A stretch of 53,304 nucleotides of DNA from a virus (Duplodnaviria; Caudoviricetes), in IMG/VR virus record IMGVR_UViG_3300037606_000271, positions 1 to 53,304 of that record; one strand, written 5' to 3'. Position numbers and translations under genes: made by a program. The notes under the pieces are model-generated. The model searched no databases, was not told the origin of the DNA, and saw only the letters and a program-made list of their open reading frames with translations. How positions within the stretch are numbered: position 1 is the stretch's first letter; each line of letters starts with the position of its first letter. Shown one piece after another: positions 9,338 through 19,474 of this stretch.

Positions 9338-9818
9338 TAAAACCCAAGCAGCTTATAATAAGCGTAAAGACTTTGAGAAAAAAAACTATGCACAATACAA
9401 AGAACTGGATGTTAAACCCATTAGCATTCAAATCATTTTAGGTAGTATAATGCACAGATGTAATATAGTGTTTGGAGATGGAAACAAACAAAGTTTAGTT
9501 ATTCATAAGATAGATAATAATCTTGTATTATCTCAGCCACGTATGTGGGAATATTCAATGGACAAACTAGCTGTATTAGAATATTTAACTAACATTGTAT
9601 TTTTTAACGATACTTACACTATTGTAGAATGTGCAGAGTTATATAAAGAATCTAAACACCTTAAAAAATATAAGATAATTGGTAGTATAAACTCTTCTGG
9701 TTCTTATATTTATGCTCTTTCTACAGAATCTTTTCAAGAAGAAGATTTTTATGATTACGACATTAGATGTAAAACTATTGTAGCTAAGGTGTTTAAATTT
9801 AAAACTAGATATGGTTGA
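9324..9818 (+). CDS. Hypothetical protein
   Basis: 164-aa ORF overlapping the polB stop and the helicase start. Confidence 0.75.
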   Translation: MESNNKTQAAYNKRKDFEKKNYAQYKELDVKPISIQIILGSIMHRCNIVFGDGNKQSLVIHKIDNNLVLSQPRMWEYSMDKLAVLEYLTNIVFFNDTYTIVECAELYKESKHLKKYKIIGSINSSGSYIYALSTESFQEEDFYDYDIRCKTIVAKVFKFKTRYG

Positions 9819-12024
9819 TATAAGAAATAAAATACAAAGTGAAGCTACAGCATCAATAATTAAAAATAAATTTCAAGGGATTATTGATGTTTCTCCCAGA
9901 GTTGGTAATGATAAAAATAACAATTTAAAAAACAAATAAAATGCCTGCTAAAATAGAGCAGGAAGTGATAAATAAATTAATTACTTTCTATAAAAATAAT
10001 AACTGTACATATAAAGAAGCTTCTAAACATGTTGGAATAAATAGACATATTGGAGCTAAGTATTTAAGAAATAACGGGTTTGGTCGCTCAAAAAATAACA
10101 GGAGAAAATATTATCAAAGACAATTTGAGCATATTAATACAGAAGAAAAAGCGTATTGGTTAGGATTTCTTTATGCTGATGGTAATGTAGCTACTACAAG
10201 ACATGCTACTTCTTTAGGTTTAGCTTTAGTAGATAAAGATCACGTTCAAAAGTTTGCTGATTTTGTATCAAAAGAACACTATAAGGTAAAATTTGATCAT
10301 TTTAGAGCTAGATTTAATGTGGGTAGTAAAGCTATGAAAAAAGATTTAATTAGACTAGGCTGTGTTCCTAGAAAATCTAATATATTAAAGTTTCCAGATA
10401 AAAATCAAGTATCTAAAAAGTTTCAAAGGCATTTTATAAGAGGTTATTTTGACGGAGATGGATGTATGTCAATAACTTTACATGCTAATCTGCATAAAAA
10501 AGACAGATTATCTATGACTTTAGGTATATTAGGTACACATGAATTTATTAGAGATTTGCATCAGTGTGTGAAAATAAATAATGCATATATAGTATTAGCA
10601 AACAAAAGATCTACTGCTAATTGTTACCAAGCTACTTACAAAAAAGACCAAACTGACTTTCTTTTAGAATATATGTACAAAGATTGTAATATTTATTTAA
10701 AACGTAAATTTGATAAAGTTGTTAAATATTGCCGTTTTAATGAGAAATCATTAAAATTATTAGGGAGCAAATACGGTGAAGGCTGAAATGCTAATACCGT
10801 GGTAACTTTAGATAATAACACATCTAAAGAACCGTAACGCATAGGTGGTGAAACTAGAAATAGAATATAATCCACCCACGAGTGTTCCCCTCCTTATTAT
10901 TAAGTTAAAGGAGAAAATGTATGCTGAGCTTGCGCGAATGGATAAGCGTAAGAAGTAGAGGATAAAAAGCCTTTACGATAACATAACTGAAATCTAAGAT
11001 AATAATTGATGCTTTAAAGTTAGTTAAGATAGACATAAAGATTCTTATTACTGTACCTTTTACTAATATAATTGACTCATGGAACAATGAATTTGTTAAA
11101 TGGGAATATAGTAACGATAAATTATCAATAATTAATCAAAGAAGTTTACATAAAATCAAGCTTGATGATTATCAATTAGTTATTGTTGATGAGTGTCATA
11201 GTTTATCAAATAAGCAATTACGCATTTTAAGCTCTTTTAAGGGACAATTGTTAGGTTTATCAGGAAGTATATCAGAAGATACTAAAAGTGTCTTAAAAAG
11301 CTCCCTAGGGATTGTAACAATATTTGAATACAATGTTGATCAAGCAGTAAAAGATAAAATCATTGCTAATTATGAAATCAAGATTGTTACTTTACCTTTA
11401 GATAATTCTGATAAATATATTTTAAGTGGTACAAAAGATAAATCCTTTAAAGTTACAGAAGAAGCTAATTATAAGTATTTTAATAAAAGATTTTATCAAA
11501 TTTCTAAGCAAATTGAAGCGTGTAAAATAAGTAGAGATCAAGGAGGTGTTGAAAAAAACACTAAATATTTAGAGTTTATAATAGGTCAAAGAACAAGGGC
11601 TATTTATGGTTATAAATCTAAAATAGAATTAGTTAAGAAATTGCTTGGTACTATTGACAGTAAAGTTCTTGTGTTTACAGGTTTAACAGCTAATGAAATA
11701 TGTAAACATAAATATGATTCCAAGCAAGGTGAAAACAATCTTGAGTTATTTAAAAAAGGCAAAATACTACAGATGCAAGTAGTTGAAAAAGTTTCAATGG
11801 GTCAGACAATATTAGATTTACATTTTGGTGTTTTCCATCAAGTTAAATCTAATGGTCAAGCTATGTTACAAAAAGCATTGAGAATGTGTAATTATGAGTC
11901 TGGTAAAACAGCTGTAATATACATAGTCTGCTATGAAAATACTCAAGATGAAAAATGGGTTAACAAAGCAATAACAATGCTTGATCCAAACAAAATCACT
12001 TATTTGCACTACAAGAATATTTAA
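9811..12024 (+). CDS. Superfamily 2 (DExH) helicase, two exons: 9811-9906 and 10990-12024 (376 aa spliced)
   Basis: Splicing restores Walker A SPRVG|KS; exon 2 has VIVDECH (motif II) and GLSGS (motif III) and is in frame with ORF 11248..12024. Confidence 0.9.
9907..10989 (+). mobile_element. Group I intron 3 in SF2 helicase (variant P7)
   Basis: Exon ends GGT; guide GCCG at 10731-10734; P2 TTTTAATGA-GAAA-TCATTAAAA; P7 GCATA (10839-10843) / TATGC (10920-10924); terminal G10989. Confidence 0.9.
9941..10786 (+). CDS. Intron-encoded LAGLIDADG homing endonuclease with N-terminal HTH
   Basis: Two motifs, YWLGFLYADG and FIRGYFDGDG; C-terminal YLKRK. Confidence 0.92.
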   Translation: MPAKIEQEVINKLITFYKNNNCTYKEASKHVGINRHIGAKYLRNNGFGRSKNNRRKYYQRQFEHINTEEKAYWLGFLYADGNVATTRHATSLGLALVDKDHVQKFADFVSKEHYKVKFDHFRARFNVGSKAMKKDLIRLGCVPRKSNILKFPDKNQVSKKFQRHFIRGYFDGDGCMSITLHANLHKKDRLSMTLGILGTHEFIRDLHQCVKINNAYIVLANKRSTANCYQATYKKDQTDFLLEYMYKDCNIYLKRKFDKVVKYCRFNEKSLKLLGSKYGEG

Positions 12025-12224
12025 TGCCAAGAAACAACAAAAAAGAATATCCAAAAGGATTTCTAGAAAATGCTACTACGTCCAAAGTAGGACGTAAACA
12101 AGTAGGTATATTAAAAAATAATCCTGAACTTGTTAAGTTTGCTAAAAAGCAAATAATTAAAAGATTTAGAAGACGTAAAGATTATTTACTAAATTTAACT
12201 GAAGAAGAAGAAGATAAAAAATAA
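12024..12224 (+). CDS. Small basic hypothetical protein
   Basis: 66-aa ORF, TAATG coupling to the helicase. Confidence 0.7.
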   Translation: MPRNNKKEYPKGFLENATTSKVGRKQVGILKNNPELVKFAKKQIIKRFRRRKDYLLNLTEEEEDKK

Positions 12225-12228
12225 TTAC

Positions 12229-12720
12229 ATGACAAAAACAGAGATAATTAAATTATGCATTGAGCATAACCAATTTGATCTGTTAAATAAACAAGCTTGT
12301 CAGATGACAATAAATGAATTAATGCAATCTCAAGAAATCACACTTCATGATGGTAAGTTTTATCTTAATTATGACAGCACTGGTGATTTGGGTTTGGATG
12401 AATTTGTTGTGTCGTTTGACAGGCTTTTTTCATTTAAGAGATTAGGTGTTTATGGCAAATCAGGAGATAAAGCAAAAATTAGAAACGACGCGCAAAGGTT
12501 TAGTTTAGAAATGAGTATATCTTATGATAAGCTGTTAGAAATTGGTAAAAAGTATTTAGCAAGTAAACAAGATAAAACTTTTTGCTGTGCTTCCAAATAC
12601 TTTTTTTATAAAAATGACATTAGACGACAAGAGTTTTCTTATGCCAAAGCATTTATTGAAGCAGAAAAAGATGAAGAACAAGACGACATAGATTTTAATA
12701 GAAACATAGATAATGATTAA
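12229..12720 (+). CDS. Hypothetical replication-module protein upstream of DnaB
   Basis: 163-aa ORF overlapping the DnaB start; acidic C-terminus. Confidence 0.75.
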   Translation: MTKTEIIKLCIEHNQFDLLNKQACQMTINELMQSQEITLHDGKFYLNYDSTGDLGLDEFVVSFDRLFSFKRLGVYGKSGDKAKIRNDAQRFSLEMSISYDKLLEIGKKYLASKQDKTFCCASKYFFYKNDIRRQEFSYAKAFIEAEKDEEQDDIDFNRNIDND

Positions 12721-14066
12721 TGCATTAGAAAGATTAGAAACACTAAAGCAGAAAAGATTAGATAAATTAAGTGGTAAACTACAACTAATACCTTTTTATC
12801 ATCATTTACCTAAATTAAGTAAATTTCTTCCTGGAATATTTAAAGGTTCAAAGACAACTTGTATGGCTGGTACTGGTGACGGTAAATCAAAATTTACTAG
12901 ATTTTGCACCATACTTATTCCTTATTGGCTTAAACAAAAAGAAAATCTTGACTATAAAATAATATACTTTTCATTAGAAGAATCAAAAGAAGAATTTATA
13001 GATTCTATGTTTCTTATGTTACTTAAAGTTAATTATGGTATAGAACTTGATTATTTTAAGTTAAACTCTTATGGTCAAGAAACATTAGATGAAGATGTAT
13101 TAGTTAAAGTAGGTTTATGTGCAGCAGAAGTAGATAAAATACTGGAAGATGTTATTGTTGTGGATAATGTTTATAATCCAACTGGTAAAACACCCTTATA
13201 AACAAAAATGAAAAATCTTATTCATTTTTTGGATTATTTGGGAATGCCGTCATGAGAAGTGATTTTCATGATTATTACTGCGGAATTAAGCAAGGAACTC
13301 TGACCGTTGAAAGGCGAAGACAACTTGAACTGAAGGGTTATTTGTAAAATGTAACTCAAGGGCAACGCATAGATACTGAAACTTGAAAAAGAATATAATG
13401 TATCCACGAGGCCGCAGCATCTCTATGAGATGAAAACGTATGCTGAGCTATATAGAAATATATAGAAATAGAGGATAAAAAGCCTTTATGATAACAAAAC
13501 TGATGTACTACGAGTGTCTAAAATATGCTAAACTATGGGGTAAATTAGATGAAGATGGTAGCTACACTTGTGATGATCCTAATTTACAAGTAGTTGTAGT
13601 AACAGATCATGTGTCTTTAATTACAAGAGAAAAAGATTCAGATACTGGCACTTACTTGAGTGAAACACAAGCAATGGCTAAATGGTCAACACACTATTGT
13701 TTAAAATATATTAACAAAAGGCTTAATTGGGCTACTTGGGATGTACAGCAAACAACAATGACTAGTGAAGGTAGTGAGAAAAGAAAAATGAATACTTTAG
13801 AACCTGGCATGGAAGATGCAGCCAATAATAAAGAAATTCTTCGTAATTCTCATATTATACTCACATTGTTTAATCCTTTTAAGAATCGTATAGGTGAATA
13901 CAGGGGGTTTAATATTAGGAAACTTGAAGATGGTTTTAGAAATTTAGGTATAATTAAAAACAGATATGGCATTAGTAATGTCAATATACCTTTATGGTTT
14001 GATGGAGCAGCAGGTTTGTATGAAGAAATAAGTAAAGAAACACAACATAAATATTTTAAAAATTAA
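12713..14066 (+). CDS. dnaB: DnaB-like replicative helicase, two exons: 12713-13186 and 13503-14066 (345 aa spliced)
   Basis: Walker A AGTGDGKS, YFSLEES, junction NPTG|MYYE, Walker B VVVTDH, IIKNRYG. Confidence 0.9.
13187..13502 (+). mobile_element. Group I intron 4 in dnaB, ORF-less (316 nt)
   Basis: Exon ends GGT; guide GCCG at 13246-13249; P7 GCATA (13367-13371) / TATGC (13439-13443); 3' part closely matches intron 3; terminal G13502 restores the frame. Confidence 0.9.
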
Positions 14067-14075
14067 AAAACTATA

Positions 14076-14873
14076 ATGAATATATTTCCAGATGCAATTA
14101 ACGTTACAGAAACACAGAAAAACCCTACACAATTACTCATCATAAAGAAGCCAAAAATAGGTGGCACAAGATTAGTTTGTGATTTGGAAGATAATCACGT
14201 AATCTATTTTGATGGTAGAGCTGATTTTTACACAAGTAAAGCTAAAGTATTTAATGTAACTAGAAATTGGGAAGACTTTAATAAAGATCAAGAAAGAAAA
14301 ATCCCTTTTGATGTTTATGCAGTTAAATATATTACTGAATTAAACAAACATTGTCTAGAACATGGTCCAATTGCAAAGTACATTACTATTGATACAGTAA
14401 CGCGCTTTGAAGAAATATCTAAAAGCCTAGCTCTTGCTAATTACAAGAAAACAGCAATGGGTAAATCTTTTACAGAAGAAGACATTACCTTGCTACCAAT
14501 GGGTGCCGGGTATGGTAGACTAAGATTGGCCTTCCAAACTTTGTATGATTTGTTGAAGCCATGTTGTTCTAAATCTCTTATCTTCTTAGCTCATCCTAAA
14601 TCATCTTCAATTAACATTGATGGTAGTGAAGTAAGTGTACAAGACATTGATCTAACAGGTAAATTAAAGTTGATACTGTCAACTCAAGTAGATGCTGTTG
14701 GCACAATGCATAGAGCTAAAGGTAGAAATGTCAATGTTCTTTCTTTTAAAACGTATGATGATGATTTTGCAACTGGTGGACGATCTGAGCATTTGCAAAA
14801 CAAAGACATAGAGATTTCAGAAATACTCCCTGATGGCACGTTTGTAAGCCATTGGGATAAGATATTCATTTAA
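14076..14873 (+). CDS. AAA_24 / Sak4-like P-loop protein with degenerate Walker A
   Basis: KKPKIGGT, Walker B ITIDTVT, GAGYG, IFLAH, DLTGKL; typical crAss-like position before SSB and primase. Confidence 0.8.
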   Translation: MNIFPDAINVTETQKNPTQLLIIKKPKIGGTRLVCDLEDNHVIYFDGRADFYTSKAKVFNVTRNWEDFNKDQERKIPFDVYAVKYITELNKHCLEHGPIAKYITIDTVTRFEEISKSLALANYKKTAMGKSFTEEDITLLPMGAGYGRLRLAFQTLYDLLKPCCSKSLIFLAHPKSSSINIDGSEVSVQDIDLTGKLKLILSTQVDAVGTMHRAKGRNVNVLSFKTYDDDFATGGRSEHLQNKDIEISEILPDGTFVSHWDKIFI

Positions 14874-14915
14874 GCGAATTTTAACTTTTTTATTTATATA
14901 TTATAATATTATTTT

Positions 14916-15869
14916 ATGTTTGACGATATTCAAGGCGCATTTGATCAACAGGAAAAAGAACGTTTAGAGCGTAGTAAGTCTATAACAAATTTGATGGTAG
15001 GCTCAGCAGCAGTAAAGATTTTAGCTATTCAACCCACAGAAGCTGAACTGGTTGAATTAATTGGTGAAGGAGGTAAGAAATTTGACACCAGGTATCAGAA
15101 ATCTCCAGGTCAGTATAATGATGGTAAACCTCAAAGATCTATTTCTTTTTGGATTACTGACATAAATGACAAAGTTTCTCCTGTTTTAATTTCTTTTGAT
15201 TTAGTTGATTCACAAAGAATTTCAAAAGCAGGTAACCCACAATGGTTCAATATTATGCAGGGTGACAAGTGGAATATGTTGACTACAAAATGGGGCACCA
15301 AGTTTAATGTAGGTTTTACAGAAGAGCGTAATTCTGAAAAGAATAACGCCTATGTTAATAACATTGTAGCACCTGCCAGGGTCAATGAAGAGCGTTACTA
15401 TAAATTGCTTTACAGTCTTCTTAAATGGCCCGATGCCAATACCTTCTTTGATCAAATGAAAAAAGAAAAGTTGGATTTTGACAGTGTGTTTGCTGGTGAC
15501 TTTTCAGGACTTCGTAAACTTCTTCAATACATCAATGAACCTGTAATTACTACAGTTGATGGTGAACAAGTAGAGATTCCTAATGTAAAGACATTTATGG
15601 GCATCTTTACGGTTAAGCAACGTCAAGATGGTAGACTAGTACAATCTTTTGCAAATTCTTCTGATTTGATGTTTGTAAATAACGCTGATGTATTGAGTGC
15701 ACGTGATTTAAACGGAATTAAATTAGCTCAAGAAAATCTTAAAAATAAGAGTGGTGATGACATCATGAAAGATTTTTACACTCTTGAGCCTCTTTGTGTT
15801 TATTCAGAAAAAATAACTCGAAAAACTGTTGCACCTACAGATACTGTAGATGAGTGGTTTAAAAGCTAA
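14916..15869 (+). CDS. Probable single-stranded DNA-binding / recombination protein
   Basis: VKILAIQPTEAEL motif, acidic-aromatic tail (DTVDEWFKS), synteny between the AAA ATPase and primase. Confidence 0.55.
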   Translation: MFDDIQGAFDQQEKERLERSKSITNLMVGSAAVKILAIQPTEAELVELIGEGGKKFDTRYQKSPGQYNDGKPQRSISFWITDINDKVSPVLISFDLVDSQRISKAGNPQWFNIMQGDKWNMLTTKWGTKFNVGFTEERNSEKNNAYVNNIVAPARVNEERYYKLLYSLLKWPDANTFFDQMKKEKLDFDSVFAGDFSGLRKLLQYINEPVITTVDGEQVEIPNVKTFMGIFTVKQRQDGRLVQSFANSSDLMFVNNADVLSARDLNGIKLAQENLKNKSGDDIMKDFYTLEPLCVYSEKITRKTVAPTDTVDEWFKS

Positions 15870-15878
15870 AGGTAACTT

Positions 15879-16820
15879 ATGTTTGAAGATAGCCACGTAG
15901 GTGGTTTATCTATACCAATTATAATTCAGGGCCAGGATAGTGTATTTAATCACTATCTTGGCTCTTTTCCTAATGAATTAGATAGATTTCATTCTCCTTT
16001 TAGATCAGACTCTAATCCAGGGTGTAGGTTTGAATATAGCAATGGAATCTGGTGGTTTATAGATAATGCTACTTATAAAAACAGATTAAGATTTAATTGT
16101 ATTCATTTTGTCCAATGTATGTTTGAAATAGGTTATCAGGAAGCAGCTAATAAGATTTCAGAAGAAGTTGTATTTTCAAAAGACATCTTTCCTGAACCTC
16201 AAATCTTTATACCTGAAATTAAGGTTAAGCTTCAGACAATGCCTTTAAATAATCATTTTACACAGTACGGTTTACCTAATGAATATCTTGAGTCACAAAC
16301 AGTAGGATCAGTAAAATACTATTATGCTAACACAAGAAAGCATAATTACTTAAAACTCAACGCTTATTACACACCTGCTTATCAGCAAATATATTGTTAC
16401 TTCATTGGTGAAAAGATAGAACTTTATTTTCCTGGAGCTGACATTAAATTTGTTAAAGAAACTTTAGGTTCTGATTATTATGGTGATAATAACGAAGAAG
16501 ATTATGTAATAGTAGTAGAAGGTAACTTAGATAGAATGGTTTTTGAATATCATTCAGGACTTAATGTAATAGGTTTACAAAACGTATATGCTTTACCTGA
16601 ATTATTTAATAAAAAGATCATAGTGCTTTTAGACCCGGATGATGCAGGGATGCAGGGTGCAGCAAGAATATTAAAGAAATATCCTGAATCAATTAATCTT
16701 ACATCTTTTTCTAATGAATACGACATTGCTGACATGTATAAATTTAATAAAGAGAAATTTAATAATTTAATAAATGAATGTCGTAAAATAGTTGACCCAT
16801 GCCAAATAAAAATGCAATAA
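15879..16820 (+). CDS. DNA primase (TOPRIM)
   Basis: SPFRSDSNP N-terminal motif; VVEGNLD and LDPDDAG TOPRIM motifs; terminal DIAD. Confidence 0.85.
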   Translation: MFEDSHVGGLSIPIIIQGQDSVFNHYLGSFPNELDRFHSPFRSDSNPGCRFEYSNGIWWFIDNATYKNRLRFNCIHFVQCMFEIGYQEAANKISEEVVFSKDIFPEPQIFIPEIKVKLQTMPLNNHFTQYGLPNEYLESQTVGSVKYYYANTRKHNYLKLNAYYTPAYQQIYCYFIGEKIELYFPGADIKFVKETLGSDYYGDNNEEDYVIVVEGNLDRMVFEYHSGLNVIGLQNVYALPELFNKKIIVLLDPDDAGMQGAARILKKYPESINLTSFSNEYDIADMYKFNKEKFNNLINECRKIVDPCQIKMQ

Positions 16821-17212
16821 AAGGGCATAATCTGGAAAGAGCTGTTGTTAATGATATTAAGCCATTTTGGAAATGGGTAAAGACTAGTAGGTTAGTATCT
16901 AGATTATTAGATAATTGCAAAATAGATTTAGCATTCTTTTTTGCAAATATTCAATGTAAAGCTACAAAAATGAGACCTAATTATCAATCACTTTATGAAG
17001 ATTGTATAAAAGCAATTGATGAAAATTATTCTCCAGATGAGGCTAAGATATTAAAAGAAAAACCTTATATTGTTATTCACAAAGATACTACAAGAAGGGC
17101 AGGGAATAATAAACCTCATGTACAAACCATGACTGTTACTTATGAATTTGGTTTGGAACTATTAGAACTTTACGCAATTAAAATAAAAGAAAATGAATCA
17201 ATATACAAATAA
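16799..17212 (+). CDS. PD-(D/E)XK Holliday junction resolvase-like nuclease
   Basis: KGHNLER, D...ID, IQCK motifs. Confidence 0.75.
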   Translation: MPNKNAIKGHNLERAVVNDIKPFWKWVKTSRLVSRLLDNCKIDLAFFFANIQCKATKMRPNYQSLYEDCIKAIDENYSPDEAKILKEKPYIVIHKDTTRRAGNNKPHVQTMTVTYEFGLELLELYAIKIKENESIYK

Positions 17213-17351
17213 CCTTTTAATTGTAATATGTATTATATTACTATCGGATTACGCCATGACTCATGGAATAGATTTACCTTTTAAAGTGATAACTGTTTTA
17301 GTGATAAGTAACGCTATAGGAAATATAATTGATAAAACTATCAGAAAATGA
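17193..17351 (+). CDS. Small two-TM membrane protein (52 aa)
   Basis: Manual translation MNQYTNNLLIVICIILLSDYAMTHGIDLPFKVITVLVISNAIGNIIDKTIRK; ATGA overlap with the next gene. Confidence 0.6.
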   Translation: MNQYTNNLLIVICIILLSDYAMTHGIDLPFKVITVLVISNAIGNIIDKTIRK

Positions 17352-18292
17352 TTAGTTATTTTGATCACCCTAACATAAGTCAATCTGGTTTAAAAAGATA
17401 TGCTAATCCTAATCCAAGAAGCCTTTATAGGAGCCGTTTAAGCGAAGAATTATATTACAAAGGGAAAAGTATTCACTTTGTTAAAGGAGAGCTCTTAGAT
17501 CGTCTTATAGAGGGCTTAGAGATAGATGAGCATTACTACATTGAAGCAGAAGATTATAAACACCCAACACCAAAGGTTTTGTCTATTGCTCAAGAATGTA
17601 TTGACAATGAATTAGACATTGAAGATTTTGAAGAAATTCTTAAGATTAAGAAAAAGCAACTTTATCAACCTAGATGGCAAGAAGAAAAGAATCTGTCATG
17701 GATTAGTGATACTTTGTTGCCTGTAATCAAAACCAGAAAAGAAGCTGGTGAAAGAGTTGTACTAACTTTTAAAGAATTTAGAGATATTGCAACAATGACT
17801 AATTCAATGTTACAAGGTCAATATACTAAACCTATTCTTGAGGAATATAATGGGGAATTTCAAGTGGCTATTTACATAAAAGGTTTAAAGTGTTTGATAG
17901 ACAAACTTCAAATATGTCATAAAACTAAAGTAGTGCGAATCATAGATTTTAAAACTACTGGTGATTACATTGAAAAGTTTGTAAAAAGCATCAAGAGATT
18001 TAGGTACGATATACAAATGAGTTTTTATTGTCACATAGTTCAACTTAAATATCCAAAATATAAAGTTTTAGATCCCATATTAATTGTTGGTTCAACTAAA
18101 GAAGTAGAATGGTCAGAACCTTTTACTTTGAGCAAGAAAGTTATAAATGATGCAAAAATAGGTTGGATAGATAGATATGGTTTTAAGCACATGGGTTGGG
18201 AAGAAATGTTAACAAAGCATAATAACTATAATGGAGATATGTACAATGATAATTTAATAATTAATAAGACAAATATTATAAATGAACTTTAG
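17348..18292 (+). CDS. PD-(D/E)XK exonuclease (RecB / exonuclease VIII-like)
   Basis: ISQSGLK, EFQ...KCLIDKL...IIDFKTT, YDIQMSFY. Confidence 0.85.
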   Translation: MISYFDHPNISQSGLKRYANPNPRSLYRSRLSEELYYKGKSIHFVKGELLDRLIEGLEIDEHYYIEAEDYKHPTPKVLSIAQECIDNELDIEDFEEILKIKKKQLYQPRWQEEKNLSWISDTLLPVIKTRKEAGERVVLTFKEFRDIATMTNSMLQGQYTKPILEEYNGEFQVAIYIKGLKCLIDKLQICHKTKVVRIIDFKTTGDYIEKFVKSIKRFRYDIQMSFYCHIVQLKYPKYKVLDPILIVGSTKEVEWSEPFTLSKKVINDAKIGWIDRYGFKHMGWEEMLTKHNNYNGDMYNDNLIINKTNIINEL

Positions 18293-18875
18293 TTATAAAG
18301 ACTTACAAACACCAATTGAAATTAGAAATGACACTACGTGGATTAACTTAACAGGAAGGTTTTTGTTACCACAGATTAAGTTATTAGATGAAACATTTAA
18401 TAACAATTATAATAAAACTAACTGGTTAGGATTTGGGTTATGTGATAGGTTATATGATAAATATAATGAATTTGACAATAAACTATTTATGCTTGCTTCT
18501 AACAAAAGTAGTCTTAAATATTGGCTTAATAATTATGAATATTATATTTATCAAGACGGAGAACTAAACAAAGTAATGATTATCATTGATTTACCAATTA
18601 ACAATAGAGATCAATTTTTTATTGGTGAATATTCTAAATTAGGCTATGAACCTAATATTATAGTAAAATTTATTAAATACAAAGGTAAAGAAAGTCTTTC
18701 ATCTTCTTGGTCAGTCATAAATAAAACAGAACAAGCCAGAGTAGCTTTTCAAGAAAAAGTTAATAAAGATTTTAACGTTAATGTAATAATTAGTGATGAA
18801 CAAGAATTTGAATACCCACCGGTCTTACCCAGAGAGATCTTTAACCTCAAAACTGAATTGGTTTTATCTCATTGA
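18282..18875 (+). CDS. Hypothetical protein (crAss-like replication module)
   Basis: 197 aa; FLLP and GEYSKL motifs; overlaps the exonuclease stop. Confidence 0.75.
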   Translation: MNFSYKDLQTPIEIRNDTTWINLTGRFLLPQIKLLDETFNNNYNKTNWLGFGLCDRLYDKYNEFDNKLFMLASNKSSLKYWLNNYEYYIYQDGELNKVMIIIDLPINNRDQFFIGEYSKLGYEPNIIVKFIKYKGKESLSSSWSVINKTEQARVAFQEKVNKDFNVNVIISDEQEFEYPPVLPREIFNLKTELVLSH

Positions 18876-19158
18876 ATTTGATCATGGAACTAGAAAGTGT
18901 TTAATGCTTACTAATGAAATTGATAAAGGTTGGGAAGAAATTGGGGAATACTATGATTACATAGAAGCAATAGTCTATGATGGACCTGTTGAATGGGTTC
19001 AACATATTCAAGATGATATTGCAGAACAGTTAGATGAATACGCTATTCTTGATTATAACTCTCCTTGCTTTTTTCAAGAAAATAAAGAAAAAGTATTAAA
19101 AACATTTAAAAAATCATTAACTTTACGTAATCATGAGTGGAATACATCACCAGATTGA
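18793..19158 (+). CDS. Hypothetical protein (start uncertain)
   Basis: 121-aa ORF; resembles the two downstream ORFs. Confidence 0.65.
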   Translation: MMNKNLNTHRSYPERSLTSKLNWFYLIEFDHGTRKCLMLTNEIDKGWEEIGEYYDYIEAIVYDGPVEWVQHIQDDIAEQLDEYAILDYNSPCFFQENKEKVLKTFKKSLTLRNHEWNTSPD

Positions 19159-19474
19159 GATTCCCTGTAAAAAGTGTTTTTATTTATTTGAATGTAACCT
19201 CAAAGATGTTGATAGACTTTTTATTACTTTTATATATGGAAACTACAAAGAACAATTAAGTACTTTAGAGTATAGAATGATTTTTCAAGTAGAATCAATA
19301 TCACCTAATAGTTGGAACGAAGACATTTTTAAAAGTCTTAGAAAAGATTTACTACCTTATGAAGTGGCCCATAAAGCTATGTTTTTTCCTATTTATAAAG
19401 AAAAGAATAAAAATGAAATTTGGTCTCATATTAGGACTAAAATACACAAACTTAATAAAGAATTTTTAGAATGA
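19133..19474 (+). CDS. Hypothetical protein
   Basis: 113-aa ORF in an overlapping chain. Confidence 0.7.
   Translation: MSGIHHQIEIPCKKCFYLFECNLKDVDRLFITFIYGNYKEQLSTLEYRMIFQVESISPNSWNEDIFKSLRKDLLPYEVAHKAMFFPIYKEKNKNEIWSHIRTKIHKLNKEFLE

Noticed and set aside
13450-13470. TATAGAAATA tandem repeat
   Set aside because: Part of the P9 hairpin of intron 4, not an independent repeat element.
5438-14066. Stop-codon reassignment, frameshifts or pseudogenes as the cause of fragmented polB/helicase ORFs
   Set aside because: Every break is explained by a group I intron with exact in-frame junctions; 4-9 kb ORFs elsewhere are intact in the standard code.
14874-14915. AT-rich intergenic stretch as a promoter or origin
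   Set aside because: No convincing Bacteroidota TAnnTTTG element or recurring phage promoter motif could be established.
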